From: Methanobrevibacter sp. | Lineage (GTDB): Archaea; Methanobacteriota; Methanobacteria; Methanobacteriales; Methanobacteriaceae | Direction of reading: 5' to 3' | NCBI GenBank assembly: GCA_009777005.1 | Contig: WRMT01000001.1 | Span: forward strand, 1 to 32,109 | Length of the DNA: 32,109 bases | Part shown: positions 9,577-17,010 of the stretch, in pieces | How the letters are laid out: every line of letters begins with the position of its first letter | How positions within the stretch are numbered: the stretch's first letter is position 1 | Translations under genes and position numbers: made by a program | Notes under the pieces: generated by a model | The model's database searches: none | Seen by the model: the letters and a program-made list of their open reading frames with translations, nothing else | What the model was told of the DNA's origin: nothing

Positions 9577-9757
9577 AAATCAATAATAAAAAATTAATTT
9601 AAAAAATTACTATTATTCTCTTTTTATTAAATTAAAAAATTAAAAAATAATAATTATCTACTAAATTAATCAATAATAAAAAAAATTACTATTATTCTCT
9701 TTTTATTAAATTAAAAAATTAAAAAATAATTATCTACTAAATTAATCAATAATAATA
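9577..9757. repeat. 76-79-bp-period direct repeat, about 2 copies plus a partial copy
   Basis: The unit attactattattctctttttattaaattaaaaaattaaaaaataa(taa)ttatctactaaattaatcaataataa occurs at 9606 and 9685. Confidence 0.85.
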
Positions 9758-10092
9758 AAAATAATATTTTAAAAAATAATATTTATTCATTTATAACTAA
9801 AATTAATAATAAAAATTATATTATCTATTCTAACTAATCGTTAAATTATTGATAAACATTAAAATTCAATTACTATTTTTTAAACAAAATAAATATTTTT
9901 ATGAATAATTTAAATAATACTAAAGTAAATATAAAGTTAGTATTTAATTTAAAATAAAATTATAAGATTATTATAAATTTAAAACTTTTAATAAAGTTTT
10001 AGATAAAGTAAAGATAACATTTTGAATTTTTCAAAAAAAAAGAAATTAAAAAATAACTATCCACCAAGATAAATATGTTTATAGGCGGTATT

Positions 10093-10674
10093 ATGAGTGT
10101 AAAAAATGAAATAGGAGCAAAAATTAAAGAATTAAGAAAATCAAGAGAAATTTCATTAGAAGCATTAGCTAATGATAATAACATTAGCTTAGATCTTATG
10201 AATAGCATTGAAAAAGGAGAAGTTGTTCCATCTTTAACTCCACTAACAAAAATAGCTAGATCTCTTGGTGTTAGACTAGGAACATTTCTAGATGATGCTC
10301 CTCAAACAGACCCAGTTATTGTTAAAAAAGGAAAGAGTAATCAAGTAATGTACTTTTCTGGTGAAGAAGACCAAACTGATGTCAGTGCCTTAGAATTTTA
10401 TTCACTAGGTGCAGGAAAAAATGATAGGAATATGGAACCTTTTATAATAGATGTTCATACAAATGAAGGAGAATTCAACCTTTCTTCCCATGAAGGTGAA
10501 GAATTTGTCTATGTTTTAGAAGGAGAAATAGAAGTTAAATATGGTAAAGATAGTCATATTCTAAGTAAAGGAGATAGTATATACTATGATTCTATAGTTC
10601 CACATCACCTTCACTCATACAATGGGAAAATGTCTAAAATATTAGCTGTTGTTTATACTCCATTTGAATCTTAG
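10093..10674 (+). CDS. XRE-family HTH + C-terminal cupin transcriptional regulator
   Basis: HTH_3-like region [37 protein letters not shown]. Cupin region [16 protein letters not shown]...[14 protein letters not shown]. The ORF track starts at 10075; I prefer the ATG at 10093 (MSVKNEIG). Confidence 0.8.
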   Translation: MSVKNEIGAKIKELRKSREISLEALANDNNISLDLMNSIEKGEVVPSLTPLTKIARSLGVRLGTFLDDAPQTDPVIVKKGKSNQVMYFSGEEDQTDVSALEFYSLGAGKNDRNMEPFIIDVHTNEGEFNLSSHEGEEFVYVLEGEIEVKYGKDSHILSKGDSIYYDSIVPHHLHSYNGKMSKILAVVYTPFES

Positions 10675-10869
10675 CTATTAGCTATTTAAATAACAGCTAA
10701 AATTTTTCCTAACATATAAATTTATAAATTATTTTATAATATATCATTTATTAGAATTCACAAAACTATATATTACTTTATAAAATTAATTATTGTGTTT
10801 ATTTATGTTGTGTTAAAATTTGCCTTTTAAAAAAATATCAATGCGAAATATATTTCATGATTTTAATAT

Positions 10870-10955
10870 AAATTTTAAAATTATAATAAAAAAATCAAAA
10901 TTATAATAAATATATCATAATTAAAAAGAATATTTCAAAATTATAATAAAAATTT
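10870..10955. repeat. About 20-bp-period reiterated motif (t)caaaattataataaa, 3 good copies and 1 degenerate, upstream of the thioesterase gene
   Basis: Copies are read directly at ~10874, ~10894 and ~10935, with a degenerate copy between the last two. Confidence 0.6.
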
Positions 10956-11105
10956 CACTTAAAAATATCTTTTTTGATGAAAATTTAGGATAAGAGGTAA
11001 TTTTCTGACAACATTAAAAATTAACACTTAATAAAATTCACAAACTATATAATATTTTTTAGATTAGTATTTTTTTTCAATTTTAGTACACTTTAAGGGA
11101 TGAAT

Positions 11106-11534
11106 ATGTTTATAGATTACGTAACGCCACGATTTGGAAACATAGATGGATTAAGACATGTTAATAATATTGTTGTAGCTGATTGGTTTGAAATTGGAAG
11201 AAACGGAGTTTTCAGGTATTTTACGCCTGATTTAAACCTTAGCTATGAAAAATGGAAACTTATCATGGTTAGAACAGAATTCGATTATGTATCTCAAATG
11301 TTTTTTGGTAGCGATGTTGAAATAAGAACTTATTTGCTTAAGATAGGGAATTCTTCATTTACAGTTGGACATGAAGCATGGCAAGACGGAGAACTAAAAG
11401 CTAAAGGAAAAGCTGTTATTGTGCATTATGATTTTATTGAAAAAAAATCTAAACCTATTCCTAATGAAATAAGAGAAAAATTGACTAATCATCTAATAGA
11501 TGAAGTCGAAATTGGAAAATCTTTAGACAACTGA
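11106..11534 (+). CDS. Hotdog-fold acyl-CoA thioesterase (4HBT/YbgC-like)
   Basis: The N-terminal region FGNIDGLRHVNNIVVADWFEIGR is typical of the 4HBT family. The ORF track starts at 11100. The AAGGGA Shine-Dalgarno overlaps that ATG, so I prefer 11106. Confidence 0.7.
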   Translation: MFIDYVTPRFGNIDGLRHVNNIVVADWFEIGRNGVFRYFTPDLNLSYEKWKLIMVRTEFDYVSQMFFGSDVEIRTYLLKIGNSSFTVGHEAWQDGELKAKGKAVIVHYDFIEKKSKPIPNEIREKLTNHLIDEVEIGKSLDN

Positions 11535-11790
11535 ATAAATAGGAAAATCGTTAGACAATAAACAAATAAGGAAATTTCTAAGCAATTAACAAAATAGAAA
11601 AATCTTTAGACAATAAACAAATAAGGAAATTTCTAAGCAATTAACAAAATAGAAAAATCTTTAGACAATTAACAAATAAGGAAATTTCTAAGCAATTAAG
11701 AAAATAGGAAAATCTTTAGACAATTAACTAATAAGGAAATTTCTAATCAATTAACAAAATAGGAAAATCTTTAGATAATTAACAAATAAT
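11508..11790 (+). repeat. Tandem array of about 10 subunits of 27-28 bp, in two alternating variants with a 55-bp super-period, starting inside the last codons of the thioesterase CDS
   Basis: The landmark ttagaca recurs at 11523, 11551, 11606, 11661 and 11716, with ttagata at 11771. The A-type unit is aaaataggaaaatctttagacaattaac and the B-type unit is aaataaggaaatttctaagcaattaac. The CDS end attggaaaatctttagacaactga is itself an A-type unit. Confidence 0.9.
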
Positions 11791-11825
11791 AAAAAGGAAT
11801 AATTTTAAAATAATTAGGTGATTTA

Positions 11826-13487
11826 ATGGTTTTTTCAGAAGAAACTATAGGAGAATTTTTTGAAAGGCAAGTTGAAGCTCAAGGTGATCGTGAAATAATA
11901 GTTTATCCTGATAGAGACTTGAGATTTACTTATAAAGAATTCGATGAACGCGTTAACATATTAGCTAAAGGTTTACTATCAATTGGAATTAAAAAAGGAG
12001 ATCATGTGGGAATTTGGGCGAAAAATGTTCCTGATTGGTTAACATTCCTTTTTGCAACAGCTAAAATAGGAGTAGTTCTTGTAACAGTGAATACTGCTTA
12101 TAAAAGCCATGAATTAGACTATATATTAAAACAATCTGACATGAAAGCATTAGCTATTATTGATGGATTTAGGGATGTTAGCTACATTGAAACTCTTTAT
12201 GAATTAGTTCCTGAATTAAAAACACATTCACGTGGAAATCTTAAAAGTAATGAATATCCTCACTTAAAAAATGTTATATACATTGGTCAAGAAAAACATC
12301 GGGGTATGTATAACACTAATGAGATAATGTTACTTGGTAAACATGAAAATGATGATGAATTTAATAGGGTCAAAGGAAGTTTAAGTAATGAAGATGTTAT
12401 AAACATGCAATACACCTCAGGAACAACTGGTTTTCCTAAAGGAGTTATGTTAACCCATAGAAATATTTTAAACAATGGTTATGCTATTGGTAGTAGAATG
12501 AAATTTACTCCAGAAGATAGATTATGTATTCCTGTTCCTCTTTTCCATTGTTTTGGAATAGTTTTAGGAGTTTTAGCTATTTTATCACATGGTGGAACAA
12601 TGGTAATGTTAGAATTATTTGACCCTCTTCTAGTGTTATCAGCTATTCATAAAGAAAAATGTACAGCTGTTCATGGTGTTCCAACCATGTTTATAGCTGA
12701 ATTAACCCATCCAATGTTTGATATGTTTGATATGTCCTCACTTCGAACAGGTATTATGGCAGGTTCTACTTGTCCAATAGAAACAATGAAAGAAGTGATG
12801 GATAAAATGAACATGACAGAAATCACAATTGTTTATGGACTAACAGAATCTTCCCCAGGAATGACCCAATCATATGCTGATGATACAGTAGAGCGAAGAG
12901 CTAACACAGTAGGAGTAGCTTTTGATGATGTTGAAGTAAAAATTGTCAACTCTAAAACAGGTGATGAATTAAAACCAGGTGAAACAGGTGAAATTTGTTG
13001 TAGAGGATACAATGTAATGAAAGGTTATTACAAAATGCCAGATAAAACAGAAGAAGTAATTGATAAAGATGGATGGCTACATAGTGGAGATTTAGCTACT
13101 GTTGATGAGGACGGTTACTACACAATAGTTGGACGGGAAAAAGACATGATTATAAGAGGAGGAGAAAATATATATCCTCGTGAAATTGAAGAATTCCTCT
13201 TTACAATAGATGAAGTTAAAGATGCCCAAGTAGCTGGAATAAAAGATGACAGATATGGAGAAATCGTTGGTGCTTTCATAATCAAAGAAAAAGGTTCAAC
13301 TTTACAAGAAGAAGATATTCGTGATTATGCAATCGAAAAAATAGCTAGGTATAAAGTTCCTAAACATGTTTTCTTCGTAGATGAATTCCCATTAACCACT
13401 AGTGGAAAAGTTCAAAAATATAAATTAAGTGAATTAGGTCTAAAATTAGTTGAAAAAAAAGAAAAAGAAGATTTTAAATTCGTGTGA
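11826..13487 (+). CDS. AMP-binding acyl-CoA synthetase / fatty-acid-CoA ligase family
   Basis: AMP-binding signature [19 protein letters not shown]-terminal motifs [23 protein letters not shown] and SGKVQK. AGGTGAT Shine-Dalgarno upstream of the ATG. Confidence 0.9.
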   Translation: MVFSEETIGEFFERQVEAQGDREIIVYPDRDLRFTYKEFDERVNILAKGLLSIGIKKGDHVGIWAKNVPDWLTFLFATAKIGVVLVTVNTAYKSHELDYILKQSDMKALAIIDGFRDVSYIETLYELVPELKTHSRGNLKSNEYPHLKNVIYIGQEKHRGMYNTNEIMLLGKHENDDEFNRVKGSLSNEDVINMQYTSGTTGFPKGVMLTHRNILNNGYAIGSRMKFTPEDRLCIPVPLFHCFGIVLGVLAILSHGGTMVMLELFDPLLVLSAIHKEKCTAVHGVPTMFIAELTHPMFDMFDMSSLRTGIMAGSTCPIETMKEVMDKMNMTEITIVYGLTESSPGMTQSYADDTVERRANTVGVAFDDVEVKIVNSKTGDELKPGETGEICCRGYNVMKGYYKMPDKTEEVIDKDGWLHSGDLATVDEDGYYTIVGREKDMIIRGGENIYPREIEEFLFTIDEVKDAQVAGIKDDRYGEIVGAFIIKEKGSTLQEEDIRDYAIEKIARYKVPKHVFFVDEFPLTTSGKVQKYKLSELGLKLVEKKEKEDFKFV

Positions 13488-13608
13488 ATAAAGATTTAAA
13501 ATATAATAATGAATTATTATAATATTCTTTACTTTTAAAATTTAAAAAACATATTGTGCATATCAAAATAAAAGTCTTATTTATATTGTATAATATTAGG
13601 TGTTTGAT

Positions 13609-13881
13609 ATGACTACAACGATAGAAATAGAAACAAAAATATTTAATATTATTAGTGAAATCGCAGAAAAAGAAAATACCACAGAAACTAAACTTATAAA
13701 TCAAATGCTAAAAAAGGCACTTGAAATTAAAAATAAAAAGGAAATACCTGAAGATTTAACAATGAATAAAGAAACATATGACCCAAATTCTGAATTATCA
13801 GAAGAATTAATAGGAGCTATTGAAACTGATGAATCTTTTGATACTTTGAAAGCAATTCAGGAGATAAGAGAGATTGAATAA
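13609..13881 (+). CDS. Small ribbon-helix-helix (CopG/antitoxin-like) protein with acidic tail
   Basis: ATG at 13609 with a TAGGTG Shine-Dalgarno (the ORF track's GTG at 13600 lies inside that Shine-Dalgarno). The pattern is beta-strand TIEIE, then helix KIFNIISEIAEKEN, then helix TETKLINQMLKKALE. Confidence 0.45.
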   Translation: MTTTIEIETKIFNIISEIAEKENTTETKLINQMLKKALEIKNKKEIPEDLTMNKETYDPNSELSEELIGAIETDESFDTLKAIQEIREIE

Positions 13882-14044
13882 TATGTTTAACAGTGTCTAC
13901 TTAGCACTAATGGAAGAACTTGAATAAAAACAATAATTTCATTTGATGAACATTTGTACGACAAAGGAATAGTAAGAATACATTAATAATCAAGACCATT
14001 TAAACTAAAGAAAAAATAGCTAAATTACAAAACAATTTATTAAA

Positions 14045-14280
14045 AAAAGAATTTACAAATTTTATTCTTTTAAAATCTAGAAAAAAGAAGTTCTTTTAAA
14101 TAAAAAATTAAGAATTATATTCTTTAAAAATTTAGAAAAAATAAGTTCTTTTAAATAAGAAATTAAGAATTATATTCTTTAAAAATTTAGAAAAAAAAAG
14201 TTTTTTTAAATAAGAAATTAAAAATAATATTCTTTAAAAATTTAGAAAAAAGAAGTTTTTTTAAATAAGAAATTAAAAAT
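14045..14280. repeat. 55-bp-period tandem repeat, about 4 copies
   Basis: The landmark tattcttt recurs at 14063, 14118, 14173 and 14228. The unit is roughly aagaattatattctttaaaaatttagaaaaaagaagttcttttaaataagaaatt. Confidence 0.9.
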
Positions 14281-14339
14281 GACAAATTAAAAACATTTTC
14301 TCAATTAACTATAATCTTTAAAATTTATAATGTGATATT

Positions 14340-14528
14340 ATGCCAAACAATGTATTTACTGGATCCTTAATTTTTTCACATATACTTCCTATAATATTAG
14401 GGTTTATTGGAGTTTTACTTATGACTACAGGAATAATGGACGATGATAACTACTATACCAAAGTAGGAGTAGCTTTATTTATCATAGCAGCCCTAATGCC
14501 ATTTTTAGTATTAAGTATTGTATTATAA
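14340..14528 (+). CDS. Small two-TM membrane protein, unknown function
   Basis: Two hydrophobic helices are present (LIFSHILPIILGFIGVLLMTTGI and VGVALFIIAALMPFLVLSIVL). A weak GTGATA Shine-Dalgarno-like sequence lies upstream. Confidence 0.4.
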   Translation: MPNNVFTGSLIFSHILPIILGFIGVLLMTTGIMDDDNYYTKVGVALFIIAALMPFLVLSIVL

Positions 14529-14580
14529 AATCCAAACCATGAAAAATGAACTAAGATAATCAGCTTATTAATCAATTAAA

Positions 14581-15276
14581 TCAAAAGTTCAAATTAAGAC
14601 CAATTTCTCCACTATGAAGAGATGAACCTACTAAAACTTTCTTAATACCATTTTTTGAAAGTTCATTTATTTCATCTTTAGTAATTCCTCCCCCAAGTAT
14701 TAATTTATCTTTTAACTGCGAGAAACTATCAATTATTTCTTTATTAAATCCACAGTTTGTTCCTACACTAGAAATATTCAACAATATAATTTCATTAGGA
14801 TCAATAGCTATTAATTCTTTTTTAAACTCAGCTAAGGTCAAATCAATATTTTGAGAAAATAATTGATTATCCTTTATATCAACACTTACTATAATTCTTT
14901 CTTTAGAAAAAGTATCAAATATTTTATATAATTCTTCCATTGATTCCAATGTTTCTGTAGCTACAATCAATTTATAAGCAAAATCTAAGTAAAATTTAAA
15001 TGAATTTAAATCCTTAATCCCAGCATCAAGCATAACAGGTAACATAGTATTAATAATTTTAATCTTATCTAAATTATGACCCTGCTTTTCAATTAAATCC
15101 AAATCAGCAATATAAATCTGATTTGCACCATTTAATTTAAGAGACTGGACAATGCTTACTGGGTCACTGTTTGAAGAATAAATAGAAGATAATGGAGTGT
15201 AGTTACTCCTATTTCCAGACTTTCCAGAAACAGCTATAGAATTCATTAAATCTAATACTGGGATAATTTCTATCAT
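14581..15276 (-). CDS. HisA/HisF-family (beta-alpha)8-barrel protein (methanogen HisA-related paralog type)
   Basis: The N-terminal IIPVLDL motif and the C-terminal ILGGGI...VLVGSSLH phosphate-binding motifs are typical of HisA/HisF. ATG at 15276 is preferred over the GTG at 15285. Confidence 0.65.
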   Translation of the reverse strand: MIEIIPVLDLMNSIAVSGKSGNRSNYTPLSSIYSSNSDPVSIVQSLKLNGANQIYIADLDLIEKQGHNLDKIKIINTMLPVMLDAGIKDLNSFKFYLDFAYKLIVATETLESMEELYKIFDTFSKERIIVSVDIKDNQLFSQNIDLTLAEFKKELIAIDPNEIILLNISSVGTNCGFNKEIIDSFSQLKDKLILGGGITKDEINELSKNGIKKVLVGSSLHSGEIGLNLNF

Positions 15277-15432
15277 TAATATCACTTTTTTTTAATTTTA
15301 AGTATTTAAAAATTTTAAGACTTTTAACTTATTTCATTATTAATATTGATTATTTTTCTTTAATAATTTACAAAGTAATTCTTTAAGAATTAAAATAAAA
15401 GATTTTTCAAGACATTAATTTGATTATTATCA

Positions 15433-15549
15433 GCACTGCCAATATCAACTTGTTGAAATCATTCAAAATTCTTCTGAATTGTAATTTTAGTTAAATTTAA
15501 GGATTTTTTCACAAAATTTAATGCTGAAACCAGTAAAGTTTGGCAGTGC
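15433..15549. repeat. 10-bp GC-rich inverted repeat (gcactgccaa / ttggcagtgc) enclosing about 97 nt
   Basis: Read directly at 15433..15442 and 15540..15549. It lies between the WD40 stop and the HisA-like start. Confidence 0.7.
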
Positions 15550-15564
15550 ATTATTACATATTTG

Positions 15565-17010
15565 TCAATTATTTTGATTTGCAGTAAATTCATTAATTTT
15601 TAATTTCTCATTACAACTGTGACATTTAATAATATTTCCTATAAATTTTTCATGAATATCAAAAGTTTTAGCACAATAGCTACACCTAACTTTAAGGTTA
15701 TTATTAGTATATCGAAGCATGCCATCTTTAAACATGATTTTAGAACCGTTAGCCTTAAATTTAAGGTTACTATTTGTATCTTGGAGAGGAGTTACAATAG
15801 CTATTCCTTGTTTTAAGTTTTTAATGGAGTAAATTAATATTTCTCCAGAATCCGTTCCTACTGTGATTTGATGATTGTTATTCGAAAAAACACAGGATCT
15901 TATGTAATCGTCTATATTTATCGATATTATGGGTTCTTGTTTTTCTTCATTTTTTTCCCAGTCCCAAACACAAACAGTACCATCCTCTGAACCCGAAACA
16001 ATATATTTTCCATCAGGAGAAAAACACACACTCCACACAATGTCTGTATGTCTTAATCTAGTTTTTTCCTCTTTTTTTTCCCAGTCCCAAACACGAACAG
16101 TACCATCCTCTGATCCCGAAACAATATATTTTCCATCAGGAGAAAAACACACACTCCACACATTGCGTGTGTGTCCTTTTAATATTGTTTTTTCCTCTTT
16201 TTTTTCCCAGTCCCAAACACGAACAGTACCATCCCTTGATCCAGAAACAATATATTTTCCATCAGGAGAAAAACACACACTCTCCACAAAGCCAGTGAGT
16301 CCTTTTAATATTGTTTTTTCCTCTTTTTTTTCCCAGTCCCAAACACGAACAGTACCATCCCCTGATCCCAAAATATATTTTCCATCAGGAGAAAAACACA
16401 CACTCTCCACAAAGCCAGTGAGTCCTTTTAATATTGTTTTTTCCTCTTTTTTTTCCCAATCCCAAACACGAACAGTACCATCCCCTGATCCCGAAACAAT
16501 ATATTTTCCATCAGGAGAAAAACACACACTCACCACATCGTCTGTGTGTCCTTTTAATATTGTTTTTTCCTCTTTTTTTTCCCAGTCCCAAACACGAACA
16601 GTCCCATCCCTTGATCCCGAAACAATATATTTTCCATCAGGAGAAAAACACACACTAAACACATAGCTTGTGTGTCCTTTTAATATTGTTTTTTCCTCAT
16701 TTTTTTCCCAGCTCCAAACACGAACAGTCCCATCCCATGATCCCGAAACAATATATTTTCCATCAGGAGAAAAACACGCAATACTCACGGTGGTTGGGTG
16801 AGCAAGTATTGCTTTGAGTGAACCTTCGGGTGTGTGCATATAATGATGTGGTTTTAGCCATGGGAAATTGGTTTGTTTTTCTATTTCATTTAATAATTCT
16901 TTAATCTGAGGATTTATTTGTGTTTTTAATCTTCCCCATAGTTGAGAAGGTAATTCTTTAATATTGTCTTGTAGAATATATGAAGACATAGATAAAGTTT
17001 TTTTAATCAA
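15565..17010 (-). CDS. WD40 beta-propeller protein (7 near-identical blades plus 1 degenerate) with C-terminal CxxC...CxxC zinc ribbon
   Basis: Repeats have the form CFSPDGKYIVSGSxDGTVRVWDWEKKEEKTILKGHTxxVxSV. The C-terminus is CSYCAKTF...CHSCNEKL. The start is ambiguous: a TTG at 17010 overlaps the upstream stop, or the ATG at 16989. Confidence 0.85.
   Translation of the reverse strand: MIKKTLSMSSYILQDNIKELPSQLWGRLKTQINPQIKELLNEIEKQTNFPWLKPHHYMHTPEGSLKAILAHPTTVSIACFSPDGKYIVSGSWDGTVRVWSWEKNEEKTILKGHTSYVFSVCFSPDGKYIVSGSRDGTVRVWDWEKKEEKTILKGHTDDVVSVCFSPDGKYIVSGSGDGTVRVWDWEKKEEKTILKGLTGFVESVCFSPDGKYILGSGDGTVRVWDWEKKEEKTILKGLTGFVESVCFSPDGKYIVSGSRDGTVRVWDWEKKEEKTILKGHTRNVWSVCFSPDGKYIVSGSEDGTVRVWDWEKKEEKTRLRHTDIVWSVCFSPDGKYIVSGSEDGTVCVWDWEKNEEKQEPIISINIDDYIRSCVFSNNNHQITVGTDSGEILIYSIKNLKQGIAIVTPLQDTNSNLKFKANGSKIMFKDGMLRYTNNNLKVRCSYCAKTFDIHEKFIGNIIKCHSCNEKLKINEFTANQNN
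15935..16800 (-). repeat. Seven DNA-level tandem copies of a 126-bp unit (two copies are 123 bp) encoding the WD40 blades
   Basis: The landmark cccagtccc (cccaatccc in one copy) recurs at 15957, 16080, 16206, 16332, 16455, 16581 and 16707. Confidence 0.95.

Noticed and set aside
11508-14280. I considered whether the regularly spaced arrays at 11508..11790 and 14045..14280 could be CRISPR arrays.
   Set aside because: There are no unique spacers. The whole period is repeated: the A/B subunits are variants of each other, and the 55-bp units at 14.1 kb repeat in full. The units are AT-rich and non-palindromic, and no cas genes are in the window.
15929-16666. A 245-aa plus-strand ORF (15929..16666) and a 74-aa ORF (16434..16658) lie antisense to the WD40 gene.
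   Set aside because: They are open only because the 126-bp repeat happens to lack stops in those frames. The peptides are low-complexity repeats (FFSQSQTRTVPS...), whereas the minus-strand frame gives canonical WD40 blades.
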